64,000 nt of DNA from Eledone cirrhosa (GCA_964016885.1 OZ024742.1:30876001-30940000); one strand, 5' to 3'; counted from the first letter of the stretch, positions 52,094-64,000 are shown. Numbers and translations are program-made. The notes: generated by a model from the sequence alone, not told the origin.

Positions 52094-53117
52094 TATATAG
52101 AAATTACATGAATCAAAGTTCTGTTTAAACCATTTATTCGCTTACAATTGTTTCTTCCAAACCGAGGTTTGGAGTCTTCGGAGCAATTTTTCAATGATTG
52201 TTTACATACTTGACCTCCTTTCCAACACAAGAGACATACAGAAACATATGTATATATTGATGCACAGTGGGTTGACATCCATTATAATATTTAAGCATGG
52301 CAATTTACATTCAAAGATTAAAGTCATATTAAAGAAAACAAAATTAAAGTTAAAATATAACATTGGCAGTTTACGAAGATAAAGCAAGGGGATAGTTTGA
52401 AGTAGTTAGTGTATGCAATAGTTACACGTGGTGCATGCATGTGTGTCTTATTTATATAGGATTATAGTGCGGCAGGGTGTTATATGTAATACAAGCACTT
52501 AAGCGGGCAATCAAGAGTATTATGGGGGTTGTATTGGTAAAGTATTTTTTATATATGTATGATATAGAAGCTTGTGTGTAGAGAAATATTAAAAATGACA
52601 TTGTTTTACCTCTCATTTTTAATATTTCTCTACACACAAGCTTCTATATCATACATATATAAAAAATACTTTACCAATACAACCCCCATAATACTCTTGA
52701 TTGCTCGCTTAAGTGCTTGTATTACATATAACACCCTGCCGCACTATAATCCTATATAAATAAGACACACATGCATGCCTCACGTGTAACTATTGCATAC
52801 ACTAACTACTTCAAACTATCCCCTTGCTTTATCTTTGTAAACTGCCAATGTTATATTTTAACTTTAATTTTGTTTTCTTTAATATGACTTTAATCTTTGA
52901 ATGTAAATTGCCATGCTTAAATGTTATAATGGATGTCACCCCACTGTGCATCAATATATACATATGTTTCTGTATGTCTCTTGTGTTGGAAAGGAGGTCA
53001 TGTATGTAAACAATCATTGAAAAATTGCTCCGAAGACTCCAAACCTCGGTTTGGAAGAAACAATTGTAAGAGAATAAATGGTTTAAACAGAACTTTGATT
53101 CATGTAATTTCTATATA
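52094..53117. repeat. 1,024-bp palindrome: 505-bp arms (52094-52598 and 52613-53117) with a 14-bp spacer
   Basis: Mirror-image ORFs in the track. About eight mismatches and no indels found by eye. Confidence 0.95.
53025..53073 (+). ncRNA. Variant hammerhead motif (CCGAAGA core) in the right arm; mirror copy at 52138-52186 (-)
   Basis: ttgct-CCGAAGA-c-tccaaacc(tc)ggtttgga-a-GAAA-CAATTG-T-A-ag(a/c)ga. Confidence 0.55.
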
Positions 53118-53718
53118 TATGTATATATATATTTTTAAAAAACCGACAAAGGGCAGAGGAACTCAGGAGAGTCAACAGCCTTCCAATAAAGTATTTTTGT
53201 TTTAGGGTGACAGTGGAGTAAGAGATCCCTAGTCTTTATTAAAACATCTCTCTAGGAGAAAGTCACTCTGATATAAAACCTGAGACTTCATTTGCATCCA
53301 ATGACCAGTTCTAATTTTGAGAGTGGGATTGGCCCTGTGCAAAGCCTTTCTTCACTTAAAAACGTTTCAATCCCAGACATTTCTTGATATGTGACATCTT
53401 TTGCATTGCATGGCATGGCTGGCCATAGCTGAAAAAGGCAATACCACATTGTAACACCTACTGCAGGGGGCCCCATCATTGCTGCGTCTGTGTGGGAGTG
53501 TGGACTAGGGAGCCATGTCTATGCTGCTTATGTTTAAGTATCAAGCGATAGCATTACTTGAAATCATATTGCAGCTATCATATATGTATATACATATATA
53601 GTTTCCGTATGAGCAAGACAAGGTCAGCCGACCGGACACTGCCCACAACAGGACAACCCGTCTAACCCATGCTAGTGTGGAAGAACGGACGTAAAATGGT
53701 GATGATGATGAGGATATA

Positions 53719-53751
<33 letters not shown>

Positions 53752-53827
53752 CAAAGGAGTTGTGGTAAGGAACCGGATAGACCATAACGCACCAGAGTAC
53801 TCAATACTTAGGGTAGTAGAGTGGGTA

Positions 53828-53943
53828 ATAGGAGAAAGTATGACCCCGACGGCAGAGCTCAAACCATTTCGACGGCTATTTCTGGACTGAAATAGCCGTC
53901 GAAATGGCTTGAGCTCTGCCGTCGGGGTCATACTTTCTCCTAT
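53828..53943. repeat. 116-bp hairpin (55-bp arms, 6-nt loop, one mismatch) in a dispersed element; relatives at about 30985-31112 and 55187-55262
   Basis: ataggagaaag...ggctatttc tggact gaaatagcc...ctttctcctat. Confidence 0.9.
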
Positions 53944-54172
53944 ATATATATATATATGATTAGTTTAACAACCATCTCAGTGTGTTTGGCCTTTAACGTA
54001 AGTTGTAAGCTCTAATTCCTATGAATTATCGAACACTTGCCACACAACTCGGAAGTGTCTTTCGTTAATTCCTGAGCTGAAATTCGATTCTCGCTAATTT
54101 TTACTTATATCATCATCATCATCATCATCACCATTTTACGTCCGTTCTTCCACGCTAGCATGGGTTAGACGG

Positions 54173-54269
<97 letters not shown>

Positions 54270-55151
54270 TAAATCATGTCCTTAGAATTATTAGATAAAA
54301 TATATACCATTTCCTCTCCCAATTAGTATAATTAACCATATAAAAAAATCAATTAGACCAAACGATAAGAATAAACGCTCCTATGAAGATATTTCCGACA
54401 AATAACCAAAGCGGCCTCTTCGCGGTGGCCCCAATAGAGTATTTATCCAACATTTCAACAGCATGTAGAAACTGACTAAATGTACCGTCAACCATACACA
54501 ATTAGGTGTAAATTCAAACTTAGAAGAAATGTGTACATACCGTAATTATATCTCTACCATGGTTTCGTCCGTTTTTTTAGACATCCTATTATCAGGATAT
54601 CCAGAGTAACAGACTCATCAGGAGAAAACTCAAAATTAGACATTTAATTTTCCAAAGTGATCGTGCCAAAAATAGATTAAAAAATGGCTAAGAATCATGA
54701 TGTGGCAGTGGTCAAGTTAGAAAGAATGTGATTAGTTGCTTACGGCGGGTAGGCTTGTTGCTAGAAAACGCAGCCCAATATCGCCCAATTGTATCTCAAC
54801 CTAACGGGAGATTATTAAATATAAAGATTTACATATACATAAAGTCATAGATATATATGTTTTGCAACCGGTCACGTTGTGGCTCAATGAAGAATTAATA
54901 AATTAAATAATCAGAGCAATATATCATATCATGTCCTTAGAATATTAGATAAAATATATACCATTTCCTCTCCCAATTAGCATAATTAACCATATAAAAA
55001 ATCAATTAGACCAGGCTATAAGAATAAAGGCTCCTATGAAGAAATACCCGACAAATAACCGAAACCGGCCCCTTCGCGGTGACCCCAATAGAGTATTTAT
55101 CCAACATTTCAACAGCATGTAGAAACTGACTAAATATACCGTCAACCATAC

Positions 55152-55155
<4 letters not shown>
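54270..55155 (-). mobile_element. Penelope-like or retrozyme-like unit: ~230-bp direct repeats around a hammerhead-bearing spacer; third repeat copy at about 47724-47975
   Basis: 54272-54503 is similar to 54928-55155, and the unit is flanked by (TA)n. Confidence 0.75.
54551..54625 (-). ncRNA. Canonical type I hammerhead ribozyme
   Basis: tctc-CTGATGA-gtctgtt...aacggac-GAAA-CCATGG-T-A^gaga. All core nucleotides are canonical. Predicted cleavage is between 54555 and 54554. Confidence 0.8.
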
Positions 55156-55189
<34 letters not shown>

Positions 55190-55255
55190 AAAAAGTATGG
55201 CCCGATGGCAGAGCTGGTGCGTTATGGTCCATCTGGTTCCTTACCACAATTCCTT

Positions 55256-55308
<53 letters not shown>

Positions 55309-56657
55309 GGAAGGGCATCCATCCATAGAAAGCTTGTGAAACAAAGAGTTGGGAGAACCCTTCAGTTGTGTCAAAGACATAACAACTTCTCCTGCGCTGG
55401 TGCACTTGATAGAACATAAGACTATAATGTAAGCACGATACAGTAGACCTCCTCACTGGACCTGTCTGGAAGGTCAGTAGCCCCACTTCAATACTGACTT
55501 GTTCTATGTAGACCTGTCCAACTCTTGCTAGGAAGGAAAGGGGGTGTTAAATGATGATGATAATGATGATGATGATTATATGACTATCATAGTTTGATTG
55601 CCTTTGATATTAGATCAACTCAATCATGGCTCGACAAGGGCTAAACAACAACAACAACAACATAACTATAATCAATAATTTGTGATAAATGTATGTTGTC
55701 ATTGAATCTAATTTAAGCAGAGGTGACACATAAAATATATTTAAAGAACAAATATGGTATGGTAATGAGCATTTGTGAATAATATATCCCTCCACCTACC
55801 CCAGAACAACTGTGAATAGTATATCCCCACCCCACCTACCACAGAACAACTGTGAATATTATGCTCCCTCCCACCTCTCTCTACCAGAACAACTGATAAG
55901 CATGCATTTATAAATAGGTTCAATATATTTGTGGAATATTCTGGTTTGATAAGGTAATCAGTTGAAGTGGGTTCATTAGGGAGAAAGATAAAGTAATCAT
56001 TGATACAGAACTAATATAGTGGCTCCTACTTCCTCTTTTTGTCAGTATTATTACATACATACATATACACACATATATATATATACACACACACACATAT
56101 ATATATATACACACACACACAAATACACACATATATACCTAGACATATACATATATATATATATATATATTTATACACACATATATACATATATATACAC
56201 ACACACACATACATACAAAAATATATAAACACACACACATGATGACGATGATAATATATGACAGCCTCTATATATAGAGAGAGAGTTTGTAAAATCTAAT
56301 CAGTCTACAATTTTTCACATTTGATCTATTGAACCAAAGCTTCATACTTTATACAACAATTTGGACAAATAATATGTACTTCTTTAGAACCTGTGAGTAC
56401 AGACTTTATATTGGTGTAAAAAATATTTTTCTAAATCTGCTCATATTTGCCTATAATTTTCATGTGAAATTTGAGCCAACTTGAACAACAATGTAGCAAA
56501 GAACTAATTTCTATAATTGTATTTTAACCAGCTCAATATCTACTTTGTTTGTCTTAGCTAACATTTATCATACCATCATATATCTTAGCATCATTTATCA
56601 TACCATCGTTTGTCTTAATTAACATTTATCATAACATCATTTGTCTCAGCTAGCATT

Positions 56658-57316
56658 CTTAGCATCACTCAGCAAAACCTTTGTCAGCCGCTCTCCAGAT
56701 ATCTATTTAAGGCTGTATACAGCTATGGTACGACCACACTTAGAATTTGCATCACCAGTCTGGAACCCCTATCTTGCTCAGAACATTGACCGCCTGGAAA
56801 CTGTTCAGAGACGTGCAACCAAGCGAATACCCTCCATCAGGCATCTACCATACTCTGAGCGCCTTGCTTCCCTGGGCATGGATTCATTGAAGCTCCGACA
56901 CCTGGCAACTGACTTGGTAAACACCCACAAAATTGTTAACCATGTTGCCAACAACAACCCTGAGTACCTTTTTGATTTCCATGTGTCTAACACACGTGGG
57001 CATGCCCACACAGTCAGAAAACAGCACAGTTCCCATGACTTTCGGAAACATTTTTTCACGCTCAGAGTTGCTGAAGCATGGAACAAACTACCTGCATCAG
57101 TTGTTAGCTGTTGAGACACTGCATCCTTTAAAACCTCCACACTTCTTGAGATTCGCCAACACTACACCTGATATCCCCCCTTCATACACACGCACACATG
57201 TATATAATGACTCTTACACTGTTCTCTTTCCTGTACATTATTCTATGTACTTTACATGCACCTTTGATGAGTTGTAGTGCACCTGAGTACTGTACACAAT
57301 AATTTCATTATTATTA
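56658..57316 (+). mobile_element. 5'-truncated CR1-type LINE
   Basis: RT C-terminus VRPHLEFASPVWNP and RGH, with a (TTA)n tail. Confidence 0.92.
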
Positions 57317-57498
57317 TTTTATTCATCTTAACATCATATTTCTTAGCTAACATTTGTCATAGCATCAAATATCTTAGCTAACATTTATCATAACATATAT
57401 CTTAGCTAACATTTATCATAGCATCATATATCTTAGCTAACATTTATCATAACATATCTTAGTTAACATTTATCATATCATATATCTTAGCTAACATT

Positions 57499-59040
57499 CG
57501 TGGTGGGTTCTTCCTTCTACACCAGTTATCACGCTTCTTCCAATTCTGTTTGAACAACAGTGCTACTCCAGAACAGTGGAAAACTGCCAGTGTCATTCCT
57601 CTGTTCAAAAAGGGTGACCGCACATCACCTGTGAACTATCGTCCAGTCAGTCTTACTAGTTGCATCGCCAAACTGATGGAATCCTGTGTCAGAGAAACAC
57701 TTTGGAACTTCTGGAGCTCTCACAGCCTCATCCGGCCCTCACAGTTTGGATTTATCCCCAACTCCAGTTGCTGTGATCAACTTATAGAGTTTCTTGAGGA
57801 CATCACCCGGATCACTGATGGCGGCTCATGGGTGGATGTTGTTTACCTTGACTTTGCGAAGGCCTTCAATTCTGTGCCACACAAAAGTCTTATGGCAAAA
57901 CTCTCTGCAATGCGTGTGAAGGATGATCTTTTTAACTGGTTGAAGTCCTTCATTCTCAGTCGAAGAGAGGTAGTCACGGTTCTGGGACAGCATTCCTCAC
58001 CATATGAAATGTCATCTGGTATACCACAGGGATCTGTTCTTGGCCCCCTTTTGTTTGTGGCATATATTAATGACATAGATGCCAACTTAAGGAATGCCAC
58101 AGTACTAAAGTACGCAGACGACATCAAGCTGTACCTTGAGATAAAAAGGACAGATCCTGAACACTATAGATCTTGCTTACAGTCTGACCTGGACACAATG
58201 CAACAATGGATCTCAGACTGGCAACTCAAGCTAGTTGTGGACAAGTGCACCACCATGCATTTTGGGAGTAAAAACCCAGCGTCCACATACTCCCTCCACA
58301 GCACTAATATCAAGAAGTCTTCCTGTGAACGTGACCTGGGCATTACGGTCAGCAGCGATTTGCGTTGGACGAGGCACGTCTCTAAAATTGTCAAGAGGGC
58401 CAAGGGTGTCTTAGCATCACTCAGCAAGACCTTTGTCAGCCGCTCTCCAGATATCTATTTAAGGCTGTATACAGCTATGGTGCGACCACACTTAGAATTT
58501 GCATCACCAGTCTGGAACCCCTATCTTGCTCAGAACATTGACCGCCTGGAAACTGTTCAGAGACGTGCAACCAAGCGAATACCCTCCATCAGGCATCTAC
58601 CATACTCTGAGCGCCTTGCTTCCCTGGGCATGGATTCATTGAAGCTCCGACGCCTGGCAACTGACTTGGTAAACACCCACAAAATTGTTAACCATGTTGC
58701 CAACAACAACCCTGAGTACCTTTTTGATTTCCATGTGTCTAACACACGTGGGCATGCTCACAAAGTAAGAAAACAACACAGTTCCCATGACTTTCGGAAA
58801 CATTTTTTCACGCTCAGAGTTGCTGAAGCATGGAACAAACTACCTGCATCAGTTGTTAGCTGTTGAGACACTGCATCCTTTAAGGCCTCCATGCTTCCTG
58901 AGATCAACACTACAGCTAACACATACACACATGTACTTCCCTGACATTTGTGTATTATTCTATGTACTATACATACACCTTTGACGAGTTGTAGTGCACC
59001 TGAGCACTTTACACAATAATTTCATTATTATTATTATTAT
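57499..59040 (+). mobile_element. 5'-truncated young CR1-type LINE with an intact RT frame
   Basis: 438-aa uninterrupted ORF with YADD. Same family as 48232-51480. Confidence 0.95.
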
Positions 59041-59389
59041 AACATATATCTTAGCTAACATTTATCATAGTATCATTGTGTTACATGTTTGAAAGTCAAT
59101 CTTTGTTTAGTTTAGCCAATACAACAGTTCCATGTTATAGATATTTTAAGAAAAGTGGACAAAAGGAGACAGTAGAAGACATGCACACTCAATTACATGC
59201 CACAATAAGAGGTACTGGAGTTTCCCTAATAATTTTGAGGCAAGCCAACACACTCACAGCATTGCTGTAGATCATAGCAAGTTTAAAGATGCTAGAATAA
59301 CCAAGTAGTTTGCTAATAATTCCTGGTTTTTTAAAATTCTATGGTTTTTTTCCACACCATTTTTATACTGGCTCCAATACTTTCAGAAC

Positions 59390-59840
59390 ACTGTCCGCCA
59401 TTGCTAAGTAGGTCAGTTACGCCAACCTATATCTTCCTGGGTCTATCTCTTCCACGAGTCCCATCCACTTAGATTTCTCTGCATTTCTCTATACAGCTGT
59501 CATCTTCTATATGCATCACATGTTCATATTATCACAGTCTTCTCTCTGGCACACTGCATCAAATTCCTCTAATGCCAAGATTTTCAGCTTACTTATGCTA
59601 TGTCCTTCATGCACATCCATCAGAGCATACTTGTTTCATTTCTTTCTAGCCATTACAGGTCTTCTGAAGTCAGGGCCCATGTTTTACTGCCATATAGCAC
59701 TGCAGTTCACACACAGGCATCATACAGTCTACCCTTCACTCTGAGAAAGAAGCCAATTGTTGTTAGCAGTAGTACTAGCTCTGGCTACTCCACTTTCAGA
59801 GCATCCTTCCCACCTGCTGATTCAGTCACCTAGGTAACAA
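59390..59840 (-). mobile_element. Old RTE fragment
   Basis: Degenerate homology to about 13670-14130. Confidence 0.65.
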
Positions 59841-60019
59841 AAAATGTCAACAACTTCCAGGAAACCTTCCAGGCAATTGAAGCAAGTTATTTTAAATGTG
59901 TTCTTAGAGTTTATTTCTCTTATGCATCTGCCACATACAAAATCTATCTTCTCCATTTACTTACATGTAATCCTACTGTTGGCCAAGATTCACATACCTT
60001 ATATTATTTCTTCTGGCTC

Positions 60020-60415
60020 AATGTGTTCTGAGTTCAAACCCTACTGAGGTCATCTTTGACTTTCATCCTTCCAGGTTTAATAAAATAAAGTTCCAATCCA
60101 GTGCACTGGACACAATGTTTTGTGGTGTTTGTTACAGTTCTTTTCATTCTAAGTTCAAATCTCGTCCCAAAGAAGAACCACCAACATTATTGGTCTTGAT
60201 GGTAGATTGGGCAGTAATCGGTAGAGCGACAGACAACATGCTTTGCGGCATAGAGTTATGTCTTTTTATGTTCTGAGTTCAAATCCCGCTGAGGTTAGCT
60301 TTACATATCATCCTTACAGGGCTGATAAAATAAAGTACCAATAATGCACTGGAGTAGATTTAATCAATTCCCCTCCCTCCAAAATTGTTGACCTTGTGTC
60401 TAAATAAGAAACTAT
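60020..60415 (+). mobile_element. MetaSINE-like SINE copies
   Basis: Head and core motifs as in the other copies. Confidence 0.7.
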
Positions 60416-61031
60416 TATCAGTCTTGACTTAACATGTCAGCTTCAATCACTGTCACACTGTCGAAATGTGTCCTCTCAATGCTTTTAAAAAAAAAAAATT
60501 TTTATGGGAATTTATCTGATGAGCTTTCTTCTTTGTTGCCCCACCTTCAGTAGCACCAGATTGTCAGCTACGTCTCATCCATTTCCAGTTGAAGTTCCTA
60601 AATGTAATCATAAATTCTATTCTGATAGTTTCTTCCTTCACACATCTCACCTATGGAATTATTTTCTCTTCTTGGATTATGTGCTGCGGGTATTTTATTG
60701 TGACACCAGCACTAAGCAGGTTGTCATATCTTTGACACAACTCAAGAGCCCACTGGACTCTTTTTGGCATGGTTTCTACTGTGGGATGTCCTTTCTACCA
60801 CCAACCTCCTTACAGAATGTACTGGGTACATTTATAGTGCACACCACCAACACTAGAGATGTGGTCGGGACATTAACACAAGTGAAGAGTCCTCTCAAAT
60901 CTTTTTGGCATGGTTTCTTAAGCTGGATGCCTTTTCTATCACCTACCACCTTACAGGGTGTACTGGCTGCATTTTTCATGTCATCAACATTCATATCTAA
61001 TATTTTTTTTATTAATCTATTTCTTTTTCAG

Positions 61032-61288
61032 GCAATCAAACACAACATTCTACCTGAGAACTACTAATTTCTACCCAAGAAATATAAATTTCTTCTCGAG
61101 AAATACTACTTCCTACCTGAGAACTACTAATTTATACCTGAGAAATTCCACATCTACCTGAGAAACACTAATTTCTACCTGAGAAGTATTACTTTCTACT
61201 TGAGAAATATAAATTTCTACCTGAAAACTACTACATCTACCTGAGAAATACTACATCTACCTGAGAAATTCCACATCTACCTGTAAAA
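61032..61288 (+). repeat. 20-21-bp tandem repeat (ctacctgagaa core) in the probable 5'UTR of the profilin-like gene
   Basis: About 11 copies of TACCTGAGAA lie between the acceptor ttctttttcAG (61031) and the ATG. Confidence 0.7.
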
Positions 61289-61471
61289 ATGAATGATATT
61301 GTTTTTGTTCCAATTGGTTACCTGACCAAAACTATTGCCTGGAAGAAATGGTTGCACTATGTTGTGAAGAAGTTGCAACTTTGGGAGGTGTATGATGCTG
61401 CAATAGTCTGTAAAAATGGTAAAACGATTGCTGCCTCTCAACAGTTTTATATCAACTTGAATGAATTTAAG
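61289..61471 (+). CDS. Profilin-like protein, coding exon 1
   Basis: ATG at 61289 with an in-frame stop upstream. WxxY N-terminal helix and VYDAAIVCKNGKTIAAS profilin-type motif. Donor AAG|GTAAGA in phase 0. Confidence 0.72.
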
Positions 61472-62132
61472 GTAAGATATTTTGCTAAGTTCTCACGTAT
61501 AAATCTGTCTCTCTCAGCCCTCCCCCATCTTGTTATTTCCACTGCTCCCCCAACATCCCTGCTCCTATAACCTTCAGGCATAGAGTCTGTCACCCTCTCC
61601 TCTTCCTCATTTTTTTTCTTCCTTGCTCTTCTCCTCCTTTTCCTCTAATTTATGGCATTTATAGTCCTTTCCAATACTGCTCTCTTTTTGTGTATGTTTA
61701 ACCCTTTAGCATTTACTTTACTCTCTATATACTATTGTATTTTCGTGGTAAAGGCTTCATCTCATATACTTATCTCACATAATATCGAATCTATGATATT
61801 TTGATATTTATTTTGAGAAAATGCTAAAGTGTTAACCAATGTATGATCAATAGCAGCGAGTCTGAGAAAGGAGCCTTGTGAGGTGGGGTGGCTGTTGCAA
61901 CGTATGCCACTGGCCATTTTGTCTGTGGGGCATAGCCAAAACACTGCTCTGACCTAGGTGTAGAGTCTGTCAACCTCTCCCTTTCTTTCTCCCTTTGTCT
62001 AGTAGTCCTTGCTCTTCCTCCCCTTTTCTTCTCCTTTATGGCATTTATAGTCATTTCCAATACTGTTTTTTTTTCTGTATGTTTAACCAAATAAAAATGT
62101 TAATAAGTTTTATATATTTGTCTATATTTCAG

Positions 62133-62372
62133 GAAATTATTGGTTGCTTTGTTTATGATGATACAGAGATGATATCACTGATGGGAGTTACCTACTGTGT
62201 AAAAAGTATTACCGATTCTCAGTTAATTGCATTCAACGGTAACCATTATTTGATTGTAAGTCAAACAGAATCAATGTTTATATTCTTCAAATGTACCTCA
62301 AGATTTAAAAGTATTTTAGTAGCAGACTGGTTGAAGAAAACAGCACAGAAAATTCAAGAAAGACATTACTGA
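62133..62372 (+). CDS. Profilin-like protein, coding exon 2
   Basis: Acceptor tatatttcAG|GAA in phase 0. ISLMGVTYCV resembles the profilin L-x-G-x-K-Y strand, and the C-terminal helix ends in Y. The spliced product is 140 aa. Confidence 0.72.
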   Translation, partial: EIIGCFVYDDTEMISLMGVTYCVKSITDSQLIAFNGNHYLIVSQTESMFIFFKCTSRFKSILVADWLKKTAQKIQERHY

Positions 62373-62599
62373 AATTCTTTAAGTCAAGACATATTTTCTA
62401 TTTAAAAATGCTTCATCTAAGAATTTTAAAATGTGCTGTAAGATTTAAAAGTGCTTTTGGTAATGAAACAGGTGAAGAAAAAGTTGTCAAGTCATATGAA
62501 CTTCAGAAAAGATGCTGCTACAAGACTTGTTTTATCGAAAGTGGGGTATGTTCTCTTTAAAAATATCCTGCCAAAACCATTGGAACAAACGACAAGAAA

Positions 62600-62945
62600 C
62601 ACCAGGATCTGAATGCCTTGCTTCCCTGTTCATAGATACATAAAAGCTCTGACATCTGGCAGCTGACTTGGCAGACACCCACAAGATTATTAACCATCTT
62701 TACAACAATAACCCTTTTTGAATTCCATGTGTCAAACACCCGTGGACATGCTTACAAAATCAAAAAACAGGACAGCTTCCATGACTTTCAGAAACATATT
62801 TTCATGCTCAGAGTTGCTGAAGCATGGAAAAAACTACTTGCATCAGTTGTTTCCTGTCGAGACACTGCATCCTTCAAAACTTACATGCTTCCCGAAATTC
62901 ACCAACACTACACCTGATATTCCCCCTCCTTACACACACATGTGC
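62600..62945 (+). mobile_element. Old CR1 3' fragment
   Basis: NTRGHAYKIKKQ...LRVAEAW. Confidence 0.8.
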
Positions 62946-63698
62946 TGGGCTTTTTAATTTGATCTCATTGACAACGAGGACTATGTTTTTAACAAAAAGT
63001 ATTTAATGTCCTTACAATGGCAAAATCCATCAAATGTCTGGTCTCTGACTGTGACAAACCATCCAACACATGCTAATGTAGAAAGTAGATGTAAAATGAG
63101 GATGGCTAGATTTTTTAAATTCAATACCTGTATGTATAACTTTTCAATTCCACTTACTTGCACCAAGCTAACTTTGATATGAGCTCCAAATCCGGCCCTG
63201 TGTTAGTGAGTATGTATATGTTGTGTTTGTGTTTGTGTATGTGTGTGTAACATGGGAAGGACTATTTGTATAGTGACGTCCATGAAATCTGCCAACACCA
63301 TCACCACTACTACCACCAGCAGCAGCACCACTACCATTAGCACCAGCACTACCACCACCATCATCATCACCACCACCATCATCGTCGTCACCACCACAAC
63401 CACCATCATCACGACCACTATCATCAACATCACTATCACCATTGTCATCACCACCACCATCAACAGCATCACCACTACCACCACCATATATATATATATT
63501 GTCTCTAATGTAATTTACTGTCGGTTATATAATACAATACAGTATCATATTATCTTACAAACTCTTGTTATTCTAAATATATTTCAAGGATTTCAGCTTA
63601 TCTGTGTCTATACTGTGATAAATAAAATATTTTATATCAAAATTACATTGCGTTGATTTTTATGTTTAATTTTCCTCTACGAAAGAAACACTTGTGTC

Positions 63699-63741
<43 letters not shown>

Positions 63742-64000
63742 TTATCTCCCTTAAGCTCATGCTAAAAGAGTTATGGGACTTGACAATGCGACATTAACTG
63801 ACGATAGTTAAGATGTGTATGTATGGTATGGTGTCGTAACTCCCGAGGGAGTCGTAGGGACGCCGTATTGATAAACGGTGTTTCTAGGGTATTTTAAAAC
63901 CTGGTGGAGCCTATCTCCTCTCTAGGTCTGAATACACCAGATTTCTTCCAGAGAAGGATAGAGAGAATGAATGAATAGAAGTGAGAAAGAGATATAGAGG

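Larger units (their letters stand above)
56545..59075. repeat. ~29-bp satellite (atatcttagctaacatttatcatagcatc) hosting two CR1 insertions
   Basis: Units at 56545-56657, 57325-57498 and 59040-59075. Confidence 0.85.

Noticed and set aside
52093-53205. Paired ~60-90-aa ORFs as duplicated genes
   Set aside because: They are mirror products of the palindrome with no recognisable protein features.
53206-53520. Possible exon or gag-like zinc-knuckle relic
   Set aside because: All three frames stop soon after the candidate acceptor. A knuckle-like pattern on the minus strand needs several frameshifts.

Overview
AT-rich, microsatellite-dense animal DNA. The repeat families resemble those of Octopus, which is an inference. 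Two spliced host genes can be rebuilt from canonical splice sites and matching phases. The first is a minus-strand, ~776-aa type II membrane MYORG-like GH31 protein (coding exons 28325-28315, 22889-22505, 9903-7969). It appears to lack both catalytic aspartates, and its cytosolic tail carries four acidic dileucine and two YxxPhi sorting motifs. The second is a plus-strand, 140-aa divergent profilin-like protein (61289-61471, 62133-62372). The rest is mostly transposons: three tandem RTE LINEs in (TA)n, CR1-type LINEs, a HERO-like RLE relic with nested hAT and piggyBac MITEs, a Helitron, mariner MITEs, two tRNA-derived SINE families and many minisatellites. The most striking non-coding signal is a set of Penelope-type minimal hammerhead ribozyme motifs with palindromic stem III (36.3, 46.9, 52.2/53.0 and 54.6 kb). 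Several sit in inverted-repeat structures, including a 1-kb near-perfect palindrome. Repeat coordinates were read by eye and are approximate.
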